64,000 bases of DNA from the NCBI RefSeq assembly GCF_009914755.1, contig NC_060929.1. One strand, given 5' to 3'. The position numbers and the translations under genes are program-made. The notes under the pieces are model-generated. The model made no database searches and had not been told where the DNA came from. It worked only from the letters and a program-made list of their open reading frames with translations. The first letter of the stretch is position 1; each line of letters begins with the position of its first letter. Below are positions 1 to 19,861 of this stretch, piece by piece. The stretch comes from the human T2T-CHM13v2.0 reference genome, Homo sapiens.

Positions 1-120
1 CCTGGCCAACATGGTGAAACCCCATCTCTGCTAAAAATACAAAAATTAGCCGGGCGTGGTGGTGCACGCCTGTAGTCCCAGATACGTAGGAGGCTGAGGC
101 AGGAGAATCACTTGAATCAC
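1..120 (+). mobile_element. Alu (AluS-like), partial; cut by the window start and truncated in the right arm
   Basis: cctggccaacatggtgaaaccccatctct...aaaaatacaaaaattagccgggcgtggtgg...ggaggctgaggcaggagaatcacttgaa. Confidence 0.95.
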
Positions 121-1608
121 CTATGTATATATGAGATGGTATGTCAGTGTGGTTTTTGATTTGTACTTAATGATTAGTAATGTTGAACATTTTTTTTCAT
201 ATGCTAGTTGGCCATGTGTATGTCTTCTTTTGACAAGTGTCTGTTCATGTCCTTTGCCCATTTTTTAATGGAGTTGTTTTTTCCTTGTTAAGTTTCTTTC
301 AGATTCTGGATATTAGACCTTTGTTGGATGCATAGTTTGCAAATATTTTCTTCCATTCTATAGATTGTCTGATTAGTCTATTGATTGTTTTTTTGGCTGT
401 GCAGAAGTTCTTTAGTTTAATTACATCATATTTGTCAATTTTTGTTTTTGCTGCTGTTGCTTTGTCTTTGTAATGAAATCTTTGCCAGGGCCTATGACCA
501 GAATGGTATTTCCTAAGTTTTCTTCTAGGGTTTTATAGTTTTATGGTTTATATTTAAGTCTTGAATCCATCTTGAGTTGATTTTTATATTGTAAATAAGG
601 TGTCCAGTGTTAATCTTCTGCTATGGCTATCCAGTTGTCCCAGTATGATTTATTGAATAGGGAGTCTTTTCCTCATTGTTTTTTTTTTGTCGACTTTGTT
701 GAAGATCAGATGGTTTTAGGTGTGCAGCTTTTTTCTGGTCTCTCTGTACTGTTACATTGGTCTGCGTGTCTGTTTTTGTATCAGTACCATGCTGTTTTGG
801 TTACTGTAGCCTTGTAGTATAGTTTAAAGTAGTGTGATACCTCCAGCTTTGTACCCTTTGCTTAGGATTGCTTTGGGTATTCTAACTCTTTTTGGTTCCA
901 TATGCATTTTAGAATAGTTTTTCCTAATTCTGTGGAAAATGTCATTGGTAGTTTGATAGAAATAGCATTAAATCTGTAAATTGCTTTGGGCTGTATGGCC
1001 ATTTTAATAACATTGATTCTTTGTATCCCCTGTCCATGAGCATGGGATGTTTTTCCATTTGTATTTGTCATGTCTGATTTCTTTCAGCAGTGTTTTGAAA
1101 TTTTCATTGCAGAGATCTTTCACCTCCCTGGTTAGCTGTATTCCTAGGTATTTTTGTGTGTGTGGTTATTGTGAATGGGATTGCATCCTTGATTTCACAC
1201 TAGACTCAGACAGTGTTGGAATATAGAAATGCTGCTGATTTTTGTACATTGATTTTATATCCTGAAACTTTGCTGAAGTTATTTATCAGATCTAGGAGCT
1301 TTTGGGCAGAGACTGTGGGGTTTTCTGTATATAAAATCATATCATCCATGAAGATAGTTTGACTTCCTCTGTTATTATTTGGATGTCTTTTGTTTCTTTC
1401 TCTTGCCTGATTGCTCTGGCTAGGACTTCCAGTACTATGTTGACTAGGCATGATGAGAATGGGAATCCTTGTCTTATTCCAGTTCTTAAGCAGAATGCTT
1501 CCAGCTTTTGCCTATTCAGGATAATGTTGGCTGTGGGTTTGTCATAGATGACTCCTGTTATTTTGAGGTATGTTCCTTCAGTGCCTAGTTGCCTAGTTTG
1601 TTGAGGAC

Positions 1609-1896
1609 TTTTTTTTTTGAGATGGAGTCTTGTTCTGTTGCCCAGGCTGGAGTGAAGTGGCATGATGTCAGCTCACTGCAACCTCTGCCTCCCAGGTTCA
1701 AGCAATTCTCCTGCCTCAGCCTCCTGAGTAGCTGGGATTACAGGTATGCGCCACCATGCCTGGCTAATTTTGTATTTTCAGTAGAGACAAGGTTTCACCA
1801 TGTTGGCCAGGCTGGTCTCGAACTCCTGACCTTGTGATCCACCCGCCTTGGCATCGCAAAGTGCTGGGATTACAGGTCTAAGCCACCGTGCCTCGC
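1609..1896 (-). mobile_element. AluS inserted in L1
   Basis: Poly-T plus full antisense Alu; TSD-like tgagga(c/t)ttt at 1602-1611 and 1897-1906. Confidence 0.95.
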
Positions 1897-3572
1897 TGAG
1901 GATTTTTAACATGAAGGGATGTTAAATTTTATCAAAAGCCTTTTCTGCATCTATTCAGATGATCATGTGGTTTTTCCTTTTAGTTCTGTTTATGTGATGA
2001 ATCGCATTTATTGATTTGCATATGTTGGACCTACCTTGCATCCCAGGGATAAAGCCTACTTGATCATGGTGGATTAGCTTTTTGATGTACTACTGAATTT
2101 GGTTTGCAAGTATTTTGTTGAGGATTTTTGCATCCGTGTTCATCAAGGATATTGCCCTGAACTTCTCTTTTTTGTTGTTGTTGTATCTCCTCCTCAATTT
2201 TTTGGAATAGTTTCATTAGTAATGGTACCAGCTCCTCTTCATATGTCTGGTAGAATTCAGCTGTGAACTTCTCTGGTCTGGTACTTTTTCTGGTTGGTAG
2301 GCTTTTTATTACTGATTCAATTTCAGAACTCATTATTGGTCTGTTCAGAGTTTTAATTTCTTCCTAGTTCATTCTTGGGAGGTTGTATGTTTCCAGCAAT
2401 TTATCTATTTTTAGATTTTCTAGTTTGTGTGCATAGAGGTGTTTGTAATAGTCTCTGAGGGTTATTTGTATTTGTGTGGGGTCTGTAGTAATGTCCCCTT
2501 TGTTGATTCTAATTGTGTTTATTGGATCTTCTCCTTTTATACTAATGTAGCTAGTGGTCTGTTAATCTTCCATATTCTTTCAAAGATCAAACTTCTTGTT
2601 TTGTTGATCTTTTGTATGGTTTTCACATCTCAGTTTCATTCAGTTCAGCTCTGATTTTGGTTATTTATTGTCTTCTAGCTTTGGAGTTGTTTTGCTGTTA
2701 TTTCTCTAGTTCCTCTAGGTATGATGTTAGGTTGTTAATTTGAGATCTAATTTTTTTATGTGGGTGTTTAGCATTATGAACTTTCCTCTTAACACTGTTT
2801 TAGTTGTTTTCCTGAGATTCTGGTATGTTATATCTTTATCCTCATTTGTTTTAAATAATTTCTTGATTTCTGCCTTATTCAGAAGCAGGTTGTTTAATTT
2901 GCATGTGACTATATGCTTTTCATTGACTTTAGTATTGATTTCTATCTTTATTGTGCTGTGGTTCAAGAGTGTGGTTGTTATGATTTCAGTTTCTTCAATT
3001 TGAGAATTGTTTTGTGGTTGATCATGTGGTTATTTTAGAGTATGTGCCATATGCAGATGTGAAAACTTCATGTTCTGTTGTTTTGGGGTGGAGAGTTCTG
3101 TAGATGCCTGTTAGGTTCATTTGGTCATATGTTAAGTTCAAGTTTAGATATCTTTGAGTTTTCCACCTCAGTCATTTGTCTAATATTACTAGCACAATGT
3201 TGAAGCCACCTTGTATTATTGTGTGGTTATCTAAGGTTCTTTATAGGTCTCTAAGAACTTGTTTTATGAATCTGGGTGCTCCAGTATTGGGTGCATGTGT
3301 ATTTAGGATAGATACATCTTGTTGTTGAATTGAACTCTTTACTGTCTTGTAATGCCTTATCTTTTTTGATTGTTGTTGGTTTAAAGTTTGTTTTATCTGC
3401 TTTTTTTGTGTTTTCTGTTTACTTGGTAGATTTTTCTTCATCCCTTTCCTTTAAGCTTGTGGGTGTTACTGGATATAAGATGGGTCTCTTGAAGACAGCA
3501 TACAGTTGGGTCTTGCTTCTTTATCTAGTTTGTCACTCTGTGCCTTCTAATTAGGGCATTTAGCTTGTTTAC

Positions 3573-3951
3573 TGATATGGTTTGGCTCTGTGTCCCCACT
3601 CAAATTTCACCTTGAATTATAATCCTCATAATCTGCACATGTCAAGGGCAGGACCAGGTGGAGGTAATTGAATCATGGGGGCAGTTTCCCTCATGATGTT
3701 CTCATGATATGAAGGAGTTCTCATGAGATCTGATGGTTTTATAAGTGTCTGGCATTTCCCATGCTTGCACTTCTCCTTCCTACCACCTTGTGATGAAGGT
3801 GCCTTGCTTCCCCTTTGCCTTCTGCCATGATTGTAAATTTTCTGAGGCCTCCCCAACCATGCGGAACTGTAAGTTAATTAAACCTCTTTCCTTTATAAAT
3901 TACACAGTCTTAGATATTTCTTTATTAGCAATATGAGAACAGACTAATATG
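3573..3951 (+). mobile_element. THE1 (THE1C/D-like) MaLR solo LTR inserted in L1
   Basis: Starts tgatatggtttggctctgtgtccccac; has attaaacctctttcctttataaattac; ends gagaacagactaata. Confidence 0.88.
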
Positions 3952-6900
3952 TTTGTGTTCAGTTTTAAAATTGGTAGGTGCACATTTGATCCTATCATTG
4001 TGTGTTGTTAGCTGGTTATTATGCAAGCTTGATTCTGTAGTTCCTTCATAATATCAATGGTTTATGTACTTAAGTATTTTGTGGTGGCCGGTAGTTATCT
4101 TTCATTTTCATGTTTAGCACTCCCTTCAGGACATCTTGTAAGGTAGATCTGGTGGTAACAAAATCTCTTGACATTTGCTTGCTTGAAAAGGATCTTATTT
4201 CTCCTTCACTTTTGAAGCTTTATTTGGCTGGATTTGAAATTCTAGATCGGAATTTCTTTTCTTTAGGCATGTTGAATATAAGCCCCCAATCTCTTCTAGC
4301 TTGTAGGGTTTCTACTGAAAGGTCCACTGTTGGCCTGATGGGATTCCCTTTGTAGGTGACCTCCATCTTCTCTCTAGCTGCCTGTAATATTTTTTCTTTC
4401 ATGTTGACCTTGAAGAATCTGATGACTGTGTATCTTCAGGATGGTTATCTTGTACACTGTCTTGCAGAGATTCCCTGCATTTTTGTGAATATGAATGTTG
4501 ACCTCTCATGAGGTTAGGGAATTTTCTTGGATGATATGCTCAAATTTGGTTTCCAAGTTGCTTGATGTCTCCATTTCACCAATGCCAACGAGTTGTAGAT
4601 TTAGTCTCTTTTCATAATCCCACATATCTCAGAGGTTTTGTTCATTATTTTTTCTTTATTTTGTCTGATTGAATTAATTCAGAGAACCAGTCTGAGATTC
4701 TTTCCTGAACCTTATCTATTCTGCTGTTAAAACTTGGAATTCTATTATGAAATTCTTGTAGTGAGTTTTTAATCCCTATCAGATCAGTTTGGTTCTCTCT
4801 TAAAAGGGCCATTTCATCTTTACTATTTTATTGTATTTCTTAGATTCCTTGGATTGGACTTCCACTCTCTCCTGAATCTTTATGATCATCATTCCTGTCT
4901 ATATTCTGAATTCTGTGTCTGTCATTTCAGCCAATTCAGCCTGCTTAAGAATCATTGCTGGGAAACTAGTGCAGTCATTTGGAGGTAAGAAGACAGTTTG
5001 GCTTCTTGAGTTGTGAGAGTTCTTGCACTGTTTCTTTCTCATCTGTGTGAGCTGATGTTTAATCTTTGAAGCTGTTGTCCTTTGTATGGGGATTTTGGTT
5101 TTATTTTCGTTGGTGCCTTTGAGGGTCTGATCATGGCATATGGTGGGTTCACCTCAGTGGCTTCCTTTCTGGAAGATTTCACAGAACCAAGGCTCAGCTC
5201 AGCACTCCTGGGCTACAAGCTCCAGCTCTGGGGTGGGGCTGGTACCAGGCTGCTGCTTTGTTTTCTGGTCCCTAGTGTTTAAGAACCCACTGCACTGGAG
5301 AGACCAAGATGTTCCCAGTCCACTGGTCATTATACTTTGTTTGGGGGTGCTGGCCACAGTGCTTCATCTGATCAGTGACAGCAGAACCTGTGCTCACTCA
5401 CTTGCATGCCGTTGTCACTAGCAGCAGCAGCAGGTTGTATACATATCAGCTGGGGTGGGTAGCAGCACTGGGATCAGGTTGGCAGCATCCTTGCACAGAT
5501 GCCAGCGGGGGAGAGGAGGCAAGGTCTACCCATGCTCATGTGCCAGCAAAGCAGTGAGTTTGGCTGCAGGCAAGTGCATGCCAGCAAAGTGGTGGGAGTA
5601 GGTTGCAGTGGGGGTAGACCACAGGTGGACAGGTGTGCATCATGTGGGTCAAGTCAGCTGGAGCTCTCTGATGGTTAGGTGCACTCTGCCAGTGAAAGAG
5701 CTATGATGAGGGACTCCCGGGAGCACCATGGTTGGGCATCAGAGACTGTGTTGCAGGCAGACGCAGCTAGGCTGGGGCCCCCACACAGGCCAGGAGATAG
5801 AGGGTGCTCAGATTGGACTATCTCTGTCCTACAGTCAAGACCTACCCTGCTCTGTCTAGGTCCGACAGTCACCCAAATGCTAAAGCCACCTTGAAGAGCA
5901 TGGTGAGCCTTGGGGAAGGGACATCCCTGGCCCTGCTCCACTGTAGCTTTTCCTGTGCCAGACCCGCTGTGCTCCTCACAGGCTGGAGTCCTGCCCCTGC
6001 CATCTCTCTAAGCAGCTCTCCCTGCCAGCTGAAGTGTCTGTAGGGGTCGTAGGGTCTCCTGCAGCCAGGAATCCAGATGTGCATAGCAAGCGTGGGCCAC
6101 TCCCACCTGCTCAACCCCCCCTTCCCCAGGAACTGCTTGAAATCAGGAACAAGTCCCAGTATGGGTTCCAATCTCCCTCCCACTTCATCCCAGCATCTGC
6201 CTCCTCCCTCCATACACTTACCCTCAATGCCTTAGGAATTTTCTAATCTGGAAGGTTTTGTATGATGACTTGCAACCTCAGAAATAGTTTTTAATAATAT
6301 GGTGTCATTTAGATTAACAAGTATGTATTTAAGGAAACATCATTTATTTGAAGTTTTTGTAACCAGAACTATGGAGAACCTTGAAGGTGCCAGGCTGAAA
6401 CCATAGAACCACTGCTCTGTGACATGAGCTATATAAAGACATAAGTTTCAAGAAAAAAGCACATAGTTACCAGAAGACTTGAAGATTAAATTTCTGTGAT
6501 CAATGCACTAGCAGGCTATAAAAGCCCAAACCCTTAACTCCAATACCCTAACAATACAGAAAAGGGGTATAATCATCAAATAATAGATAAGGGGGAACAA
6601 TTATGAAGTATTATAAAGATGAGAAGGCAGAAGAAGCAGTATTGGACCTGAAAAATTGAATCACCCCTGAATTGCTGAGTTGACTCTTTATCACTTTTTT
6701 CAAGCAAACTAAATCCTTCAATCAGTTCTAAGAATATTAATCTTTTCCATTGTGCGAAGCACTCTATTCTAGAGGCTTAAAATGAATACAGAAGTACCAA
6801 AAGTGTGGCTTCTTCAGTTTACAATCCAGTTAAGGTATTAACTATATATATGAGAATATGAATATGAATTTCACAAGAAATACAGCAGAGAACCACAGGA

Positions 6901-7070
6901 GTTCTGGAAGAGGAAGAGTGGTGGCAAGGAAAGTTACAGAGGCTTGAAAACAAGACCTGTTCATCACAGAGGAAATCACCTGTGGCAGAATATAAAGGGC
7001 AAACTGGAAGGGGAAATTAGGGCAAGAAGATAATAGAAGACGTCAAATGCTAATCTTAAAAAAGTCCAGA

Positions 7071-7367
<297 letters not shown>

Positions 7368-7621
7368 CGAATTTATTTTTACATTGTTAAATCTACTACT
7401 TGAAAAATCAGGTTACCATAGTCAAATGAAGGAAGGAAAACCCAGCACAAATATAGTTATTATTAATGGTTTACTAAATTCCATTGCCAATTAATTCTCA
7501 GAATGAGTGCACATCCAGAATATCTAGTTGACCCACCATTGCCTATGGAGGATTCTCTTAAGTTTCCAGGTTATCCGGGAACACAGATGTCCTCTGGTAA
7601 ATGTGCCTGCCTCTCAGTATC

Positions 7622-13534
<5,913 letters not shown>

Positions 13535-14251
13535 TATGATTGAAACTCTTCTTACAACATATTAAAACACAGCTCCTGCTTTTCATTTTTTATGAGAATA
13601 TTATTTTAATTTTATTTTAAATCTAAACTTGCACTATTATGTAATCATTAAATATATTATTCTGAGAGGAAAATTCTTAATCTACCATAGTAGCTGAGAA
13701 TGTAGAATAATTTTAACTACTGTATAATTACAAATATTATTTTAAATTAAAAATATATATTAAAATATTCGCAATGTATTATTTGGAAAGTTGGGTAATA
13801 GGTGATTTATTGGTGATCTACTTAGTATTACTTCCAGAGTTATGTACTTTATTTCTCACTGTCATATCAAAGAAAGCACTGTTTCTTTTGCCAGAAACAG
13901 CTTTATCCTAACTTGTGAACTTCAGTTAAATCTTAGTGTATATTCCGTATTTTTTCTGAAAAGTGAAATATTTTGAAAGTTAAAGTAGAATATTGCTACT
14001 AAACAATCATGCAGTACATCCTTTTTAAAAAGACTTCTTATTATCATGCATAGTCATATTCACTTTATAATGTAAACATATTCTTTAAAAATGCATATTT
14101 TTAGCTATGTATGCGTGATGCATGGGCCTACATACTTCAAAATGACCTGCAGGAATCAAGTAGAACGATCTCCAACAATTGTAGACTTCTTTTCTAACCA
14201 CCTGCCTACCGTTTTGGTTTAGGGGGTTGTTTTTGAGTGACATTTTAAAAA

Positions 14252-14500
14252 TCAATAATAACTGAATGGTACATTTAAAAATAATTTAAAGGGTATAATT
14301 GGATTGTTTATAACTCAAAGGATTAAAAAAGTTTAACAAGTTTGTAACTCAAACTTTGCAAAAGGGTAAATGCTTGAGGGGATGGATACCCCATTCTCCA
14401 TGATGTGCATATTTCACATTAAATGCATGTATCAAAACATCTCATTTGCCCCATAAATATATACACCTGCTATATACACACAAAAGTTAAAAATAAAATT
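14252..14500 (+). mobile_element. L1MA-type 3' end fragment
   Basis: gtataattggattgttt...aaatgcttgaggggatggataccccattctccatgatgtg...catctcat...ccccataaatatatacacct, then A-rich tail. Confidence 0.8.
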
Positions 14501-14889
14501 CTATATTTCAAAGAAGAAAAATATCTGGGGGGTGGCAAATAGCCACATGCTAAGAGCATTTTAATCTATTTAAACTTTAATGTAATTTTAAAGTTATAGC
14601 AACCATGTATTACTTTTTTTGTAAATGATTAATATGTACACTGCATTAGTATATTTTTCTACCTTAAAAATTACATTATTAAAACAAAAACTTTGAAAAA
14701 GCTAAAGACCCTTTAACCAGTGCTTCCAATTTAGATCCTCTCCCTCTTCCCACAGAATATATATGTATTCATAAAAACATATAACATTGTTCTTCCTGCA
14801 TTATTTTACAAAAGTGGTATCATACTATATTAAATTGTGCTGTCATAGTTCATTACTGATGAATTATATTGTATGACTGTCTCTTTTTT

Positions 14890-15268
14890 TGCTGTAAACT
14901 TTACCTACAATGAAATCCATAAATCTTAGATGTTCATTCACTGAATTGTAACAAATGCAGACACCTGTGTAACCCAATCCTCACCAAGACATAAAGCGTA
15001 TTACTCTGGAAAGTTTCTTTATTCCCCTCTCGTTCAATTTTTGTCCCATCTTTCAGAGGCAACCACTATTCTGATTTTTTAATCACAGATTAATCTCACT
15101 TGTCCTGTAACAAAAATAGAATCATATGCTATGTAATCTTTGTGTAAGGTTTTTAAATGTAAGTGTTATGTTTTAGGGTTTCATCCATGATGTTGAGTAT
15201 ATAAGTTTTTTCCTGGTTATTGCTGAGTAGCATTTCATTATGTGAATATACTACAGCATGTTTATTTG
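14890..15268 (-). mobile_element. Old L1M (MD/ME-like) 3' fragment
   Basis: acacctgtgtaacc...gaggcaaccactattctgatttttt...ttcatccatgatgttg...attgctgagtagcatttcatt. Confidence 0.6.
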
Positions 15269-15797
15269 TGCTTCCAGAAATCCTCCTAGTCTCAACTATC
15301 TCTAGCCATTTGGCCACTTGTTCTGGCCTAGCAACCACCTCAAAAAACAATTCAGCCTGGGCTCTGCCCATCTGCTACTCCAGCAAGCAGAATAATAGCA
15401 CTTGCCACCTGGGGCATCTCTGTTGCCACTGAAGCATGAGATGCAATGAGACCTAGTTGGTTCTCGTGTGTGTGTAACCTGTCAGTGATGTGGTATTAAT
15501 GCTCTATGGGGAAAACCTTGGACCATGAGGAGATGGGCCTCAGAAGATAAATTATTCTCCTTTCATCCTTCAGTGGTCTGTAGCTCATAATGCATAAGGT
15601 TGGAACATAATCGTTCATGGGGGCCTTTCAAAAGATTGTACTTGATACTAATTAAAGGCCTACTCAGAAATCCATGTCCTGATACTTGTTCTGTCTCCCT
15701 AACTCCCTTTTTTACCCACCCCTGTGCTTCCTAATAAAGTAGTATCAGGTAAACTTTTGCCTCAGTTCTATTTCTTGGGGAACCCCAGGTAATGCAT
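15269..15797 (+). mobile_element. ERVL LTR (LTR16/LTR33-like), degenerate
   Basis: 3' end cctaataaag...cctcagttctatttcttggggaaccccaggtaatgca resembles the LTR16-family terminus; 5' boundary uncertain. Confidence 0.45.
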
Positions 15798-18004
15798 CCT
15801 ATATGCAGACATTTAGGTTAGTTTTTGTCTTTTTTCTTTTACTTACCTGAAGTGTTTCTCTAGAGTCTTGCTAGTTTTTAAAGTATGTTGAAGTATGATT
15901 TTCTCCTTTATCAATCCTCAAAATTTGTCTTACATACTGAGCATCTTCTATGTGTCAGGCACTCTTCTAAGTTATAGGAACACATTGGTTAAACATAATA
16001 TTCATGATTCCTGCTTGATGGGCAGAAGTTATATAGGAATGTTATAGGGTTATTGATTAGCCATTTCTAGTCACTTCTGTCCGCTTGCTTCCATTGTTTT
16101 GCTCTGCCAGTAGCAGAAATTAAGAGTATTTCTAGAAACATTAATATTGGTGTATGTATAGTAGGTTTAGATTTAAAGACCTTTATTCCTAACATGACTA
16201 CAGGCTACTTCAGACAACTATGACAGGGACTTGAAAATGGACAGTAGACTTCCTATAGAGAGGATCTGGAGGGCACTTAGGTCCACGGAAATTTCTAAAG
16301 TATGACTACTAACATACCATGATTAGCCCCTGATATTTACCCTATCTTACTTGCTCCACTGCTTTGTTGCTGAATGAAAACATAGACAACAGGAAGTGGG
16401 AAATAGGTTTTGAACAGTTTAGTTCAAAATAAAGTGTGGGTGAACATGGTTAAGTCATGGGAATATTCTTAAATATGCTCAATTTGACATTGGTGTCTTT
16501 AGGTAGTTAAATGTTGCAAATTTTATTGACTCAAGACAAAAATTCCATCCAAATGTTAAACAAGAAGTTTTAATCTGCTCCATGATCAAGCTTTAAGAAG
16601 CATGTGGACTCTCTGAAGTTTTGTGCAATACAGCATATATAGAAACTATGTGCATTTTTCTAGGGAGAGGATCTATAGCTTTCAGAAGAATCTCAGTAGG
16701 ATTCTTTTGGGGTGAGGGGGAAGCAAGCAAAAGGTTGGATTTGCTCCATTTCCTAGGGTCAAAAAAAAAAAAGGAAAATGATTAAGAGTTAATGAGTCAG
16801 ATGTGCTGCTGCACAGGTAATTAGAATTTTGTTTTGCAACCTGTGCTCTCCTGTCCCAGGCTTTGGAGGGAAATGCATAGTTGGAGCTTCTGCTACCTCT
16901 TTTCCAAGACTTGTACTGTCTGCCTGGATGTCAGGAGGTACCATTTTCTCTACTTCTCTTGAAATGGAGGTTTGATTTTGTATGGGAAAGGCCTTTCCAC
17001 TCTTTGTGGAACTCTCACACTTCATTCATCTGGTTTTTTGGTAGGAAAAGAGTGACTTTTCTGTTTCTTATAAACTTACACAAAGGAAACTATAGCCAGA
17101 CATTAAATTATATGACAAAATGTAGCCAGATGTTATGAAGATAGTAATGTGTATATAAAATAAATATTATAGAATTCCAGTCGATAACTACTAGATATAA
17201 ATAACAGTTCAGGACAGGAACCACTGAAAATAAAGTAATAAATTTAAATTACTCTGATTATTAGTCTCATTAAATGGTCATATATGCTATTCTTTTAATG
17301 TTTTGTACACTGGTTGAGATAGCTTGGTTTCTCTTCATGGTTACTTTTTGTTTTTAAATTTGTGGACAGATATTCTGGTAAATTTCTCACAAAAGGCCTG
17401 GTTTCTTACATTTTTCAGTGCTTTATAGAAAGTGCCAAGGCCTATATGTCCAGTCTATTCTCTCTATAAACCGATTATTTTATAGTAGTTGAATTTTATT
17501 TCTAATTTTTATAAATCCCTCAAAATTTGGCTCGAGTTTCAATTTATTAGAAGAAGGGCTTCTTTTTTTGGTATTTTGTTGATTTTTATTTTAAATTTTT
17601 AAATTTTTTCCTTTATATAAATTCATGGGTTACAATTGCAGTTTTGTTGCATACATAGACTCAGACTACAATTACCATGATACCAACTATAGTCTCAAGT
17701 GTGTTCTTTCACCAAGGTTAGTTCACAACATGTTTAATTATCTCATAATATTTAGGGCTTCTTAAAAGCATTTGAGAGCAATAAAAAAAGTTTCCAGTTT
17801 TTAACTGCAGCAGAAGAAATAGACCTGACTTCGAAGTTGAGTTCACTGTCTAGTTTCTTAAGGGACTTCAGGAGAAAGCTTCCAAACTTGGTTACTTGAA
17901 ATGACAGGAAAATTAAAAAGATATTTAAATAGTACATTTGTTTTATGGTAATGAAATTGTATTTAGTCCATTTCAAAACATTATTATATAAAAGGATATT
18001 TTCT

Positions 18005-18564
18005 CTTTTTAACTTTTAAGTTCGGGGGTACATGTGCAGGATGTGCAGGTTTGTTAGAAATGTGTGTCACGGGGGTTTGTTATACAGATTATTTCATCAC
18101 CCAGGTGTAAAGTCTAGTACCCATTAGTTATTTTTCCTGATCTTCTCCCTCCTCCCACCCACCATGTATCCATGTGTTCTCATGATGTAGCTCCCACTTA
18201 TAATTGAGAACATGTAGTATTTGGTTTTCTACTCCTGCATTAGTTTGCTAAGGATAATGGCCTCCAGCTCCATCGATGTCCCTGCAAAGGACATGATCTC
18301 ATTCCTTTTTATGGCTGCATAGTATTCCATGGTGTAAATGTACATTTTCTTTATCCAGTCTATCATTTAGATCAAGTCCATGTCTGCTATTATGAATAGT
18401 GCTGCAGTAAACATGCCCATGCCTATGTCCAGGTTGGCATTGCCTAGGTTGTCTTCCAGGGTTTTTATAGTTTTTGTGTTTTATATTTAAGTCTTCAATC
18501 CATCTTGAGTTAATTTTTATATATGGTAAGGGGTCCAGTTTCAATTTTCTGCATATGGCTAGCC
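18005..18564 (-). mobile_element. 5'-truncated L1PA (about PA13-16) with internal deletions
   Basis: 3'UTR ttttaagttcggggtacatgtgcagg...; perfect 17-bp TSD ataaaaggatattttct at 17988-18004 and 18565-18581. Confidence 0.9.
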
Positions 18565-18677
18565 ATAAAAGGATATTTTCTTATAGCTATGTCTTACTCC
18601 TTTATGCAGTGAAACTTTCTTACTGAGGGGTATTATTCCAGAAATAGAATATAATGCCTTATTCTGCATTAAGCATA

Positions 18678-19400
18678 CTACAATGGACTGAATGTTTGTG
18701 TTCCTCCTCCTTCACTTCATGTGTTGAAATTGTTAAATGGAAACTCTTAGACAAATTTAAATTTTAATTGAGTTTATTCAGCAAAGAAAAACAAACCAAA
18801 GCAAAACAAAACAAAAATGGTTCAAGAATTAGCCAGTCCGCTGAACCAGAGCAGGTTCAAAGAACTCCAGCCAATAATGTGATCTGACAGCATTTATAGA
18901 AAGTGGAAGTGCAGTGCAGAGACAACTTTATTGGTTACTGTTTAATTAGTTCCAGAGCCTCTTGCAATTAACTAAAGCTCAGCTGCTATAGCTAAACTCC
19001 CTATTGATTTGGTCTGCTAGGCTTAGTGCAGGAGCCTAGTCCAAATCAGTGGCCTCCCACAAATTTTATTTGACAAAATCCTAAGCCCCAAGGTGATGGT
19101 GTTGTTAGTATGGCCTTTGGTAGGTATTAATAATTAGGTAACAGGGCAGAGCAACTATAAACAGAATTAGTGTCTTTTAATGAGGACCAAGAGAGCTCCC
19201 TTGTCCTTTGCGCCATGCGAGGACACAGCAAAAAGATAGTTTTCTGTCTATAACCAAGGAATCAGGCCCTTACCAGACACTGAATCTGCAAATTCCTTGA
19301 TCTTGGACTTCCCAGGATCCAGAACTTTGAGATATAAATTTCTGTTGTTTATAAGCCATTCAATTTATGGTATTTCTTTATAATAGTCTGAGTAGATTAA
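18678..19400 (+). mobile_element. MLT1A-like MaLR LTR, split by an ERV1 LTR
   Basis: tggactgaatgtttgtgt...gttgaaat | cctaagccccaaggtgatgg...ccagacactgaatctgc...cttgatcttggacttccca...aaatttctgttgtttataagcca. Confidence 0.8.
18731..19075 (-). mobile_element. ERV1 solo LTR (MER93/MER57 group)
   Basis: TG...CA termini (tgttaaa...tttgaca) with 4-bp TSD aaat at 18727-18730 and 19076-19079; gtgcaggagcctagtccaaatcagtggcctccc motif. Confidence 0.75.
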
Positions 19401-19861
19401 TTTTTCTTGGCAACTCAGGGTCATGATTTATCAAAATAGTCATTATCCTATGCCTGTACAGCAATGATCTCAGTAGTTACTGGGTTATTGTTACATATAC
19501 AAATAGACACCAGTTAAACATTCATCTTCTTTTCTGTCTTTAATTATTTAATTACAGAAAATGCCTCCAAACAGCTCTTTGATTTTAAAATAACAAATGT
19601 GCTTGTCTGTTATTTGACATTCTGTTATATTGTTATAGTATTTTAAAAATTGATTTAAATATCTAGGCCTAGCCTCTGAGACTGATTCTTAACAAGAGGT
19701 ATGTGTTAGTATCATCTTTTAAAAAGTATATTTGTCCAAGCCTTACCCTAGAAGATTTTGACTCAGTAGGCTTGTTTTGGAAGTTGGCTGTGATTTCTCT
19801 GAAGTGTCAAAGTGAATTTTTATGAACAGTCAACTTTGGTAACTGCTGATTTAGGGAAATA

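Larger units (their letters stand above)
131..6240 (-). mobile_element. Old primate L1 (part of 5'UTR, ORF1, most of ORF2), decayed; interrupted by an Alu and a THE1 LTR
   Basis: Minus-strand ORF pieces are L1 ORF2 (862-1071 [14 protein letters not shown]; 1206-1451 [10 protein letters not shown]; 2727-2966; 3241-3441 APNTGAPRFIKQVLRDL) and ORF1 (4220-4402 MKEKILQAAREK). GC-richer 5'UTR-like segment at about 5100-6240; 5' boundary approximate. Confidence 0.9.

Noticed and set aside
16380-16810. ETS (acaggaagtg) and AP-1 (tgagtca) motifs as an enhancer; another AP-1 motif at about 54293
   Set aside because: Short motifs expected by chance in 64 kb; not supportable without chromatin data.
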